NCBI GenBank assembly: GCA_964490125.1
Contig: CAZBAJ010000001.1
Span: 152,243 to 216,242 of the forward strand
Source: an uncultured Candidatus Saccharibacteria bacterium
GTDB taxonomy: Bacteria; Patescibacteriota; WWE3; UBA101185; UBA10185
Reading direction: 5' to 3'
Length of the DNA stretch: 64,000 bases
Shown: positions 49,377-58,567 of the stretch, in pieces
Numbering within the stretch: position 1 is the first letter of the stretch
Layout: the number at the start of each line of letters is the position of its first letter
Program-made: the position numbers and the translations under genes
Notes under the pieces: generated by a model
Database searches by the model: none
What the model was told of the DNA's origin: nothing
The model's input: only the letters and a program-made list of their open reading frames with translations

Positions 49377-49912
49377 TCGATTTCAAAATCTTCCCAAGGC
49401 GCTACCACGATGCCGTTAATTGTATCAGGATTTTGGCTGATTTTCTTTTCGCAAGTGCGTTTTCCGTAAAATATATGGTCGACATCTGGGAGATTTTCCA
49501 CCCCTTCTTCCAGCCACACTATAACCGCGTAAAATTTTGCGGTGGGAAAAAGCGGTTTTAAGTCGGTTATAGCCGATTTTAGAGTCGTGCCCGATGTTAA
49601 ACAGGAGTCGCAAATTAAAATATGCAAATCATCCGGTAACAGACGGGTTGTTTTTGGAATTTCTAATCGTTTTACTATTTTTCCTTGTTCGTACATGTAA
49701 TACACCGGCAAGGTTTCTTTAATCTCAAGTCGCGCTGCTATGTGATACGCCGGAAAAGCTCCGCTTCTAAGTAGCGGAACAACTAGGTTAAATTTTATGT
49801 TGTGGCCGACTTGGTAATCGTCTATTTGCTGGGTTAATAAATCCATAGTTTTGCCAAACTCGGCATAAGTTATTTGTACTAAATCATCTTTTTTGTACAT
49901 TCCCACGAGCAA
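49352..49912 (-). CDS. Phosphoribosyltransferase-like protein
   Basis: A PRPP-binding-like box ILICDSCLTSGTTL is present. Confidence 0.55.
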   Translation of the reverse strand: MLVGMYKKDDLVQITYAEFGKTMDLLTQQIDDYQVGHNIKFNLVVPLLRSGAFPAYHIAARLEIKETLPVYYMYEQGKIVKRLEIPKTTRLLPDDLHILICDSCLTSGTTLKSAITDLKPLFPTAKFYAVIVWLEEGVENLPDVDHIFYGKRTCEKKISQNPDTINGIVVAPWEDFEIDWNEIKDY

Positions 49913-49963
49913 ATTTTAGATCGTGCGGCGGTTTTTAAAAAGTTATTTGGATTGCTGTATCGA

Positions 49964-49990
49964 CTTGAGGTCGCAATTTGCGACTTCAAG
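49964..49990. promoter_or_regulatory. 27-bp palindrome cTTGAggTCGCAAtTTGCGActTCAAg (operator-like)
   Basis: An inverted repeat with one mismatch. It lies upstream of the PRTase operon. Confidence 0.5.
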
Positions 49991-50038
49991 TTTGCTTAGA
50001 AACGAGAATGCGCAAGACCTTTTTTAAATACCAACAGG

Positions 50039-50065
50039 TTTTGAAATCACAATTTGTGATTTCAA
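50039..50065. promoter_or_regulatory. 27-bp perfect palindrome tTTGAaaTCACAAtTTGTGAttTCAAa (same motif family)
   Basis: A perfect inverted repeat about 75 bp from the first copy. Confidence 0.5.
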
Positions 50066-50092
50066 AGTGTTAGCCTGATTTTTAGCGTAAAT

Positions 50093-51016
50093 CTACCCAA
50101 GTCGCCCCAAAATATCCAACGAGTTTTTGTCAAACTTAGAAACCGCGAACCACTTTTTACCCAAATCCTTTATCGACGCACCAAAATGGTACACATCTTT
50201 GTCGTCTACAATTAAAAATCTATCGTGCGACTGGTCAAACTCCTTAAGTTGTATGCTCCCGTATTGCTGGCTAAATTTTTGAACATCCAGCGTCGCCAGC
50301 TTTGTAATATTTTTAGTATAAATAATAAGCTCAACTCCGTTTTTTCTTTTGGTAAAAAGATCCAGTACGCTTTCGTCGATAAAGTTGTCGATTAGAACAA
50401 GCTTTTTATTGGCGGAACGGATGATTTTAGACACCAGCTTGTGCGCATCAAAAATCTGATTGTTGTAGAAAATTTTTTGGTGGGGAATTGAGTCTTTTGG
50501 GGACAACGCCTTAAAAACCTGGTCAAATTTTTTGTCAGTTTCCAGTTTATGCTCAAGTTGTTTTTGTTCGACGTTGTCAAGGCGGGCAAAGAGTTGAGCG
50601 TTTGACGCAACCATTCTTCGCATTTCTACAAAAGCGTTAATTATTCTTATGCTCATGTAGACTGCTACATCACTTTTTAAAACAGCGGAGAGCATTGCAA
50701 CCCCCTGCTCGGTAAAAACAAAGGGAGGTCGGGTTTTTCCACCCCGCTTTTCCTTTACATCCTTGTATGATGTGGTCAGATTCTTTGATATCGCAAATTG
50801 CGATGTCAAAAACTGATACTCCGGAGTTGTTAGCCGAAAGGAAAATTCCTCTGGAAACCTGTTTCGATTTCTCTTGACCTGTTCGTTCAACCTGTAAGTA
50901 GGTATTGTGTACAGTTTGGCCAGATCTGAATCCAGCATTACCTGCACCCCACGAATAGTGTAGATCTTACTTCTAATACCGCTAGATTCTATTAACTGAA
51001 GACTGCTGTTTTCCAT
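50093..51016 (-). CDS. ORF6N (KilA-N-like) domain DNA-binding protein with an uncharacterised C-terminal domain
   Basis: The N-terminus IYTIRGVQVMLDSDLAKLY...VKRNRNRFPEEF...FVFTEQGVAMLSAVLKSDVAV closely matches the ORF6N pattern. A third copy of the palindrome lies inside the ORF at 50786-50810. Confidence 0.75.
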   Translation of the reverse strand: MENSSLQLIESSGIRSKIYTIRGVQVMLDSDLAKLYTIPTYRLNEQVKRNRNRFPEEFSFRLTTPEYQFLTSQFAISKNLTTSYKDVKEKRGGKTRPPFVFTEQGVAMLSAVLKSDVAVYMSIRIINAFVEMRRMVASNAQLFARLDNVEQKQLEHKLETDKKFDQVFKALSPKDSIPHQKIFYNNQIFDAHKLVSKIIRSANKKLVLIDNFIDESVLDLFTKRKNGVELIIYTKNITKLATLDVQKFSQQYGSIQLKEFDQSHDRFLIVDDKDVYHFGASIKDLGKKWFAVSKFDKNSLDILGRLG

Positions 51017-51065
51017 TAAATTTTAGGCAGGGAAATCATCGTTCGCTCGACTTTATTTGCTATAT

Positions 51066-51140
51066 TGGTGAGGGCGGAGGGAATCGGACCCTCGACGAAC
51101 GGCTTAAAAGGCCGTCACTCTACCACTGAGTTACGCCCCC
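51066..51140 (-). tRNA. tRNA-Lys (anticodon UUU), CCA encoded
   Basis: Reverse-complement cloverleaf: acceptor gggggcg/cgccctc (one G-U pair), anticodon stem acggc/gccgt with loop ctTTTaa. Confidence 0.9.
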
Positions 51141-51208
51141 TCATAACCTGCCCATTATATTGAACCTGCCCTGTTATTTCAAGTCGTAAAACTATATACT
51201 TAAAATGT

Positions 51209-53677
51209 ATGACTGCCCAAACTGCCCAAGAAGACAAATCCGTAGGTAAAGATGAAGTAGGTTTAACCGCCGCGCAAGCCCAAGAAAACATTGCAAAATA
51301 CGGCGCCAACATTTTAGAGTCACAAAAACTTTCCGCGGTAAAAATTTTAGGTCGACAATTTAAGGGCAACTACCTAGTCTACATTTTAATAATATGTACG
51401 GTTGCATCCTTTGCTTTAGGTGAGCGAGTAAGCTCCTTATACATTTTTGCCATGATTTTTGTAAGCGCTGGACTTGGTTTTTGGAACGAGTATTCTGCCC
51501 AAAAAACTGTAGAGCGACTGTTAAAACGCATCACGCCAAAAGTTACGGTTAGACGGGACGGGGTTGACCAAGAAATATTGTTGACTCAAATCGCGGTGGG
51601 CGACGCGGTGCTGTTTTCCACCGGTAGTGTAATTCCAGCGGATTTACAAATTCTCCAGGCGGAAAATTTAGAAGTTAATGAAAGTGTGTTGACTGGAGAA
51701 AGTGAGCCGGTAGTTAAAAAGCCTGGCGACGCTATGTACATGGGCACAAATGTAGAAAGTGGACACGGTTTGGGTTTGGTGACACAAGTAGGTAAACGCA
51801 CAAAATACGGAGAAATTGCCAAAAGCATTAACTTTTTAAAACCGGAGACTTCCTTCCAAATAGGTTTACATAGTTTTGGAAATATGCTGGTAAAAATAAT
51901 ATTTATTTTGGCTGGCGCAATCTTTTTAGTTAACTCCGCTTTAGGTAAGGATTTTCTTTCTAGCCTAATGTTTGCTTTAGCAATTGCGGTTGGTCTAACA
52001 CCGGAGCTTTTGCCAGTGATAGTGACTTTAAGCTTGTCGCACGGGGCAGGAAAGCTTGGCAAAAAGTATGTAGTAGTTAAACAGTTGGTTGCCGTAGAAA
52101 ATTTGGGTAATATGGACATTTTATGTTGCGACAAGACCGGAACGCTTACAGAAGGCAAAATAGAAGTAACTGATTATTTTGATGGCCAAGGTCAAAAGAG
52201 TCTAAAAGTGTTAGAAAAAGCGTTTTTAAGCGTGCCTAAAGGCGTCCAACAAAGCGCTAGTTTGGATAAAGCTATAGTTCAAATGGCGCAAAAAGCGGGA
52301 ATTCCTAAAAGCCTGGGGGTTGTATCTTATTTGGACAGTGAAGCCTTTGACTACAACAAAAAAGCCTCGTTCAACGTGGTTAAGTTTGAGAGCGTGACGC
52401 ATTTTTTGGTTAAGGGTGTGTTTGAAGATGTGGCTAGAATGTGCGACTTAAGTTTAGGTCAAGTAAATCTAAAGGATTTGCAAAAAAAGGTGGACATGTT
52501 GGGGATGCGGGGATTTAGGGTTATTGTTCTAGCTGGCAAAACACTAACGGCAAAAACATCCGGCGAATACACTTGGGATGACGCAAAAAACTTGCAGCTA
52601 CATGGCTTTTTAGTTTTTTCTGACGCGCCCAAAAAAGACGCTAAAAAAGCTCTAGACCGACTTGAGAAGCTAAATGTCGATTTAAAAGTGCTAACCGGTG
52701 ATAACGAAATTGTTGCCCTTAAAGTTTGCGCGGAGGTTGGACTTGCGGTAAAAGGTGTAATTCTAGGCGAGCGATTAGCAAAATTAACTGAAGCGGAGCT
52801 TGCAACCGCGGTACTTAACAACAATATTTTTGCCCGAGTAACGCCGGAAAACAAATTGGCAATCATTAAAGCTCTAAGAAATGCGGGTCATACTGTGGGT
52901 TTTTTGGGCGACGGTATAAACGACGCGCCCGCCCTGCATACCGCGGATGTTGGTATAAGCGTGAACACCGCATCTGATGTAGCAAAAGACTCCGCGTCTG
53001 TAGTGTTAATGCGGGGCGGGCTTGATGTGATTGCGGAAGGTGTTGTAGAAGGCAGGCGGATTTTTAACAACACCATAAAATATATTCTAATGGGAACAAG
53101 CTCTAATTTTGGTAATATGTTTTCCGCAGCTTTTGCGTCGTTTGTCTTGCCGTTTTTGCCCATGACGCCGGTTCAAATATTGCTAAACAATACTTTATAC
53201 GACTTTTCCCAGCTTACTATTCCGTCCGATAATGTAGACAAGGAATCGTTGTTAAAGCCCAGACACTGGGATATAAGCTTTATTAAAAAATACATGCTCT
53301 TTTTTGGACCTATTAGCTCGCTGTTTGATTTTATTACCTTTTTCTTTTTAATTTTGGTATTTAAGGCAACATCTGGGCAATTTCAAACAGGCTGGTTTTT
53401 AGAGTCGCTCTTAACCCAGACATTAGTAATTTTTGTCATTAGAACGGCTAAAACTCCGTTTTGGAAGTCCGCACCCGGTAAATTGTTGATAATGTCCAGT
53501 GTTGTCGTGCTTGGAGGCGCCTTGGCGATTGTCATCCTTCCGTTAAGGGCGTCGTTTGGGTTTGAATCGCTCCATTTGGGTTATGGCGCCTTCCTGCTAG
53601 TCGTCCTGCTAAGTTACATGCTGCTGGTGGACGGATTAAAGCGCCAATTTATAAAAAAGTTTAAGATTTGGAATTAG
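51209..53677 (+). CDS. P-type cation-transporting ATPase (Mg2+/Ca2+ type)
   Basis: CDKTGTLT, TGDN and GDGINDAPAL motifs and ~10 TM helices. Confidence 0.9.
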   Translation: MTAQTAQEDKSVGKDEVGLTAAQAQENIAKYGANILESQKLSAVKILGRQFKGNYLVYILIICTVASFALGERVSSLYIFAMIFVSAGLGFWNEYSAQKTVERLLKRITPKVTVRRDGVDQEILLTQIAVGDAVLFSTGSVIPADLQILQAENLEVNESVLTGESEPVVKKPGDAMYMGTNVESGHGLGLVTQVGKRTKYGEIAKSINFLKPETSFQIGLHSFGNMLVKIIFILAGAIFLVNSALGKDFLSSLMFALAIAVGLTPELLPVIVTLSLSHGAGKLGKKYVVVKQLVAVENLGNMDILCCDKTGTLTEGKIEVTDYFDGQGQKSLKVLEKAFLSVPKGVQQSASLDKAIVQMAQKAGIPKSLGVVSYLDSEAFDYNKKASFNVVKFESVTHFLVKGVFEDVARMCDLSLGQVNLKDLQKKVDMLGMRGFRVIVLAGKTLTAKTSGEYTWDDAKNLQLHGFLVFSDAPKKDAKKALDRLEKLNVDLKVLTGDNEIVALKVCAEVGLAVKGVILGERLAKLTEAELATAVLNNNIFARVTPENKLAIIKALRNAGHTVGFLGDGINDAPALHTADVGISVNTASDVAKDSASVVLMRGGLDVIAEGVVEGRRIFNNTIKYILMGTSSNFGNMFSAAFASFVLPFLPMTPVQILLNNTLYDFSQLTIPSDNVDKESLLKPRHWDISFIKKYMLFFGPISSLFDFITFFFLILVFKATSGQFQTGWFLESLLTQTLVIFVIRTAKTPFWKSAPGKLLIMSSVVVLGGALAIVILPLRASFGFESLHLGYGAFLLVVLLSYMLLVDGLKRQFIKKFKIWN

Positions 53678-53720
53678 TGTGCTAAAATCCTCCCACAATT
53701 AAATTAGAAGAAAGGTTTAT

Positions 53721-54386
53721 ATGACATTACCAAAAATTAACTTGCCCCAAAATGTAAAAAAGAATCTGCCAACACTTGTGTTTGTGCTAGTCATCCCGCT
53801 AGGGATTTTAGTGGGCTACTTTTTCTCTAATATAAAGGGATGGGTTGCCGGTGGCTATAAAGGGATTTTTATGCCTGTAAATAAGATGCTGTATGTGGCT
53901 AAGGTTGACGGAGTAGGTATTTCCAAGGGTGAGTGGGAAAAAATGCTTAAATCGCGGTACGGCAAGTCCGCAGCTAGGGATTTAATTGATATTTACATGG
54001 TCAATAACCAGCTTAAAAAGGCGGGTATTAAAGTTTCCGAGGACGAAATTAACGCGGAGATTGCGGAAATTGAAAAGCAATTAGCAGGGCAGAGTTTGGA
54101 GGAAGTTTTAGGTCAACAAGGCATGACGCTTACGGACTTTAGAAAAAATGTTTCTATGCAGGTTGGTATGAAGAAGCTGTTAAGCGACAAAGTAGTAATT
54201 GCGGACGAGGATGTGACTAAGTACATTGCGGATTACGCCAGTACGCTTACAGGCAAAACCGACGATGAGAAGTTTGCGGAAGCTAAAAAGATTTTGACGG
54301 ATCAGAAGTTGGGCGAAGAAATAAATAAGTGGTACAGCGACTTGCAGACCAAAGTGGTGGTGGAGAATTACCTAGAAGCTAAGTAA
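53721..54386 (+). CDS. SurA N-terminal domain-like membrane-anchored chaperone-like protein
   Basis: An N-terminal TM helix and a helical SurA_N-like composition. Weak. Confidence 0.45.
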   Translation: MTLPKINLPQNVKKNLPTLVFVLVIPLGILVGYFFSNIKGWVAGGYKGIFMPVNKMLYVAKVDGVGISKGEWEKMLKSRYGKSAARDLIDIYMVNNQLKKAGIKVSEDEINAEIAEIEKQLAGQSLEEVLGQQGMTLTDFRKNVSMQVGMKKLLSDKVVIADEDVTKYIADYASTLTGKTDDEKFAEAKKILTDQKLGEEINKWYSDLQTKVVVENYLEAK

Positions 54387-54435
54387 CCGGTAACTAATAA
54401 TTCTCATCTAATTGACGATTTAAAGACAAAAAAAA

Positions 54436-54462
54436 GAAGCCCTAACGGGCTTCTTTTTTTTT
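54436..54462. terminator. Bidirectional Rho-independent terminator (gaagccc-taac-gggcttc flanked by an A-run and a T9-run)
   Basis: A hairpin with flanking homopolymers, lying between convergent genes. Confidence 0.8.
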
Positions 54463-54533
54463 GAAGGCCTGACGGCATTCAGATTGATACCACTTTGGAT
54501 ATTTTAACCGATATATTTTGTAAAATCAACCAA

Positions 54534-55862
54534 TTAGAAATTGAACATTAAATAATTGGGTTTTAAAATTAGTAAAGCGCCGATCAACACCATCAATAAT
54601 CCCCCAATAAGGTTGGAATATTTGGCGTATTTTGTGGAAATTCCGGTGACTTCCAAAGTCCGCATAGAAATAAAAAAGACTATAAAGTCGTCCAACATAA
54701 AAAAGACAATGTACAAGGCTATGTAGAGGTAGTATTGGATTGCTGATAAGCCGTTTAGTGTCAAGATTTGCGTAAAGATTGCTGGAAACCCCGCGGAACA
54801 AAAGAGTTCCACCAAATTAACCGCAAAAGCCAGCCCAGCGATTCCCAAAAGGGCAGTCAGCAAACTTTTGTCGTAAGTAATTTTCTTAAGTTTATCAAAG
54901 GTTTTTTTACGGTTTTCGTCCTCTGTAACCACGCAACCCATTTTATGCTGGAGATACTTGTTTAGGCTAAAAGCACCTGCCAGAATAGCAAATCCGGCAA
55001 TAAGGAGTCGTACCCAGACAATAAAACCCACAAACAACAGTATATTTAGCCACGCGGACATAAAAAGAAAATAAACCAAACCGGAAGCCAGCAAAAAAGT
55101 TATTCCCAAGAGCCATCTGCGGTTTTTGTTTGGCAGATTTACAAGCAGGCTAATTAAAAAGAGCAAAACCCACATAGCGCAGGGGTTAAAACCATCCAGT
55201 GTACCTATAACCACGGCAATAAGCGGTAAGGAGAGCGTTGTTAGGTTAATTTTGCCGACAATTGGGAGCACGACTTCTTTTGGTAAAGAAATCGGCGCAT
55301 TTTTCCACGGATCCGGCTTTGGGTTAGCGGGTTCGGGATTGGGCTTTTGTGTAGGTATAAGATCGTTTGGATTAGATGTGACCGATGTGGGATGAGGCGC
55401 GGGACTGGGTTCTGTTTTAGGCGTTGGGGCGGGATTTATTTCTGCTATAACATCTTTACAATCGTTAATCTGACAATAATCAATGTATTCATGGATTTGG
55501 GCTCCTGTGGTGTCGGCTGTGTAATAACCGCCAATATGATTCTCTCCCACGACGGTAAACGGTACGCCTTTAATGTCAGCATTAAGCTTTTCTCCTACTT
55601 TTTTTAAGAGTTCGCGGTTTTTAGCGTTGCCCCAAACCTCAAACTTGTTAATTGCTAGGTTTGGGTAATCCTTCTCAAGTTTGTCTAGAAACTTCTCTTC
55701 CTCCGCGCAGTGTGGGCATCCGTTACCCCAAAAAAAGTACAGGTTGACTTTGTTAGAAGTGCTAGTTTCTGCCCTTACATTAACAGAAAGTACCGTAAAT
55801 ACAGTAAAAATCACTGCCATGAGCACTTTGTAGTAAGGTGGACAAAACTTTCGGAAATTCAT
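54534..55862 (-). CDS. Thioredoxin-like domain fused to a CcdA/DsbD-type transmembrane thiol-disulfide transporter
   Basis: Signal peptide, then WGNGCPHC, a Pro-rich linker and a CcdA-like TM domain (DGFNPCAMWVL). Confidence 0.8.
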   Translation of the reverse strand: MNFRKFCPPYYKVLMAVIFTVFTVLSVNVRAETSTSNKVNLYFFWGNGCPHCAEEEKFLDKLEKDYPNLAINKFEVWGNAKNRELLKKVGEKLNADIKGVPFTVVGENHIGGYYTADTTGAQIHEYIDYCQINDCKDVIAEINPAPTPKTEPSPAPHPTSVTSNPNDLIPTQKPNPEPANPKPDPWKNAPISLPKEVVLPIVGKINLTTLSLPLIAVVIGTLDGFNPCAMWVLLFLISLLVNLPNKNRRWLLGITFLLASGLVYFLFMSAWLNILLFVGFIVWVRLLIAGFAILAGAFSLNKYLQHKMGCVVTEDENRKKTFDKLKKITYDKSLLTALLGIAGLAFAVNLVELFCSAGFPAIFTQILTLNGLSAIQYYLYIALYIVFFMLDDFIVFFISMRTLEVTGISTKYAKYSNLIGGLLMVLIGALLILKPNYLMFNF

Positions 55863-55877
55863 TAAAAGATTATAACA

Positions 55878-56658
55878 TTACCCTCGCTTTTGATTGAATA
55901 AAAAATCAAGGGCTTTAGTGATTGAATTGTGATCAATGGACTTGCCTAAAGTAACCGAATCCAGTTGTTTTGGGAAATGTTCTAAACTCGTAGTAAGAAT
56001 CTGATACTTTACTTTTTCTTTGGTAAGGCAGGATTCAATATAGCTATGATTTATCCTATTATCGTTTGGGTTTAAAAGAATTAAATAAGGTACTTTATGA
56101 AACTTCGGTCGGCTGTGGTCGGTTAATATCAGCTCCAATACTGCAAAGAATGTTTTTGGAGAAATTTCTTTGAATATCGCATCCCGTGTTGTTTGAGAGT
56201 GTTTTGCGAAAAAACCAAATTTTATTACTAATTTCTCGCGCAAAACATACTTTTCTATATGAAGTAGTCGTACAATTTTACATAACCCAAGAATTCCAAA
56301 TTGCTTGAATTGATTTATGCTCAAGGATTCTTTGTTTAAATAAGGAAATATGCCGATAATTCCGGAGCATTTTTTAGCAGACTCACAATCGTTAACTACT
56401 TTAAACCCAAAGCTCGCCCCCCCCCATGTAGAAATTTTCTAGTTTAAGCTTGGTTACCACGGCATCAACATAACAACTGTAATCTTTTAGCGAAGCCGGT
56501 TCTATGGCAGGAATGTTTTTTATAAAACCCGGAAGGTCTACCGGAATTACTTGAAAAAATAAATTCAAATAACCTATAAGACCATTAAGCGCTTTAGAGT
56601 TTGTAGGAAATGAGTGAACGAATATCAGATTTGCTTTAGTCATTTTTATGTTTCTCAA
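55878..56658 (-). pseudogene. Alpha/beta hydrolase split by a frameshift in a C9/G9 homopolymer (56417-56425)
   Basis: The 85-aa ORF (56401..56658; LIFVHSFP) and the 148-aa ORF (55878..56324) are in frames that differ by one. The downstream frame is open through the tract. With 8 G the join reads YMGGASFGF, restoring a GxSxG nucleophile elbow. Confidence 0.6.
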
Positions 56659-56905
56659 TCAAAGATACGATCTCTTGTTTAGAAGGCTCGCCGGAGAGTC
56701 GTGTGATTTCTTTGTCGTCCTTGTCCAAAAAGATAAAAACCGGTAAATTTCTACCTACATTCCACTTTTTCACCTCGTCAGGTGAATCGTCGTACTCAAA
56801 ATAGCGGGTTTCCAGCCAAGGATTTTCCGCCTCAATTTCCTTCCATCGAGGTCGCATAACTAAACAACCCGGACACCATACTGCACCAAACTTTAAAACC
56901 TTCAT
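56636..56905 (-). CDS. trxA: Thioredoxin
   Basis: WCPGC active site. 89 aa. Confidence 0.85.
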   Translation of the reverse strand: MKVLKFGAVWCPGCLVMRPRWKEIEAENPWLETRYFEYDDSPDEVKKWNVGRNLPVFIFLDKDDKEITRLSGEPSKQEIVSLIEKHKND

Positions 56906-56998
56906 AAACTCCTTTCTAATTACTTTAATCTTTGTGACTACTTAAACAAATCGAATACTAGCTTTCCGATGATTATAGTAACACAAAAATTTCGTCGA

Positions 56999-57928
56999 CT
57001 AAAGCAAAGTTAGCCATGCTAAACCCAGCACGATTCTGTAAATTCCAAAAGGTAAAAAGCTGTGTTTTTGGACAAAGTTAATAAACAGTTTGACGGCAAA
57101 TAGCGCGGTGATAAAGGATCCTACAAACCCTATAATTAGTAGGACGACTTCCTGGCTGGAAAAATTAAAGTTTGACTTATAAAGATCCAGACTTGTGGCG
57201 GCAAGCATTGTGGGAATTGCTAGAAAAAAGGAAAACTTGATAGCTTCTGTTTTATTTAACCCCATTAGCAGTCCGCCAAAAATGCTTGCCGCCGATCTTG
57301 AAACTCCTGGAACTACGGCAAGACTTTGGAACACGCCGATAACCAAAAGCCTCGGTACGGATAAGTTTTTAAAAAGCTCTTTGGCTGGTGTTATTGTTGG
57401 GGGAATAAGTCTGGGATTACTATACTTTTTGGCGTGATTGCCATTGTATATATTCGGTATACCGTTTTCGTAATGCGAAGTCGTTGGTACATGTGGGTCG
57501 GACAACCCGATGTTTTGGTTGGTAGCGTTTGTTGTATATTTATCCGATCGATTGGTTTTATCCACCAACTTGTCAATAACCGTAAAAACCAAACCGCCGA
57601 GAATTAACGCTAGAGTAGTAACAAGTCCGTTGCCAATAAGTCGCTCCTTAATAAAGTCGTACAGAAAAAAGCCAATAATTGCGGACGGCAAAAAAGCCAG
57701 AATTGTTTTGTACCAGAGCTGGGTGTTGCGGGAAAGCTCTTTAAAATACAGCGCGACAACGGCAAGGATTGCTCCAAGCTGGATAATGACCTCAAAGCTT
57801 TTAACAAAATCGGTTTGGGAAACGCCTAATATTTGTGAAGTTAAGATTAGGTGCGCGGTGGAGGAAATCGGCAGGAATTCGGTAATTCCCTCGACCACAG
57901 AAAGTACAATAGATTCAATGAAGTTCAT
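56999..57928 (-). CDS. uppP: Undecaprenyl-diphosphatase UppP/BacA with a ~65-aa hydrophilic insertion
   Basis: VEGITEFLPISSTAHLIL and the C-terminal SRSAASI box are present. An insertion NRSDKYTTNATNQNIG...HAKKYSNPRL is present. Confidence 0.85.
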   Translation of the reverse strand: MNFIESIVLSVVEGITEFLPISSTAHLILTSQILGVSQTDFVKSFEVIIQLGAILAVVALYFKELSRNTQLWYKTILAFLPSAIIGFFLYDFIKERLIGNGLVTTLALILGGLVFTVIDKLVDKTNRSDKYTTNATNQNIGLSDPHVPTTSHYENGIPNIYNGNHAKKYSNPRLIPPTITPAKELFKNLSVPRLLVIGVFQSLAVVPGVSRSAASIFGGLLMGLNKTEAIKFSFFLAIPTMLAATSLDLYKSNFNFSSQEVVLLIIGFVGSFITALFAVKLFINFVQKHSFLPFGIYRIVLGLAWLTLL

Positions 57929-57931
57929 AGT

Positions 57932-58360
57932 TTAAAATAAAAAATCTAGATACTTGTCAACCATATTTATATTGATTTCTTTAAACCTATCTATAAATCC
58001 GTGTTGACCTAGTAATGGTGAAGACTGTTTTTCCACAAAGAAAACAACCGTATCATTGATTACAATGTCGCCAAAAAACAAGTCACACCCATGACCCCAG
58101 GCATGGGCTTCGGTTCCTCCAGCACCGGTTATTGGCAGATACATGCCTTTTTTTATTTTATCTATAGAAAACCCCAAAAATACTTGGGCATACTCAAAGG
58201 GAAAGACATTTATAGCTGAACCTGTGTCAAAATAGCAACTTATCGCACGACCCATCATGTGATTGCACAGCAAGCCGACTTTTATCCACGGAGCGTAGTG
58301 AATAATTTGACCTTCCTGATTGGGTAGTAGGAATGTTGTTTCGGTTAAACCTACCTTCAT
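57932..58360 (-). CDS. Retropepsin-like (clan AA) aspartic protease
   Basis: The DTGS catalytic motif (YFDTGSAINVFP) is present. ~140 aa, single domain. Confidence 0.7.
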   Translation of the reverse strand: MKVGLTETTFLLPNQEGQIIHYAPWIKVGLLCNHMMGRAISCYFDTGSAINVFPFEYAQVFLGFSIDKIKKGMYLPITGAGGTEAHAWGHGCDLFFGDIVINDTVVFFVEKQSSPLLGQHGFIDRFKEININMVDKYLDFLF

Positions 58361-58563
58361 AGAATTATAGATGGAACATAAACGGAATTTAGTGGCATGA
58401 CCTTCTCCACAGTGTAGTCGTTATTTAGTGTCCGCATTTTTTCTGCTAGTACTGCTAAACTCTTGTCTGCTTCAAGCACAGCCCCTGTAACAGGATCCCT
58501 AGCCAGCCACATATTTTGATATTTAAGCTTAAAGTCTATTAACGCCTTGTTTTTTGTTTTCAT
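58357..58563 (-). CDS. Small protein (68 aa), DUF5678-like, overlapping the protease gene start
   Basis: MWLARDPVTGAVLEADKSLAVLAEKM resembles the WVAI...G.V pattern I recall for DUF5678. A 4-nt overlap with the downstream protease gene. Confidence 0.35.
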   Translation of the reverse strand: MKTKNKALIDFKLKYQNMWLARDPVTGAVLEADKSLAVLAEKMRTLNNDYTVEKVMPLNSVYVPSIIL

Positions 58564-58567
58564 AAAG

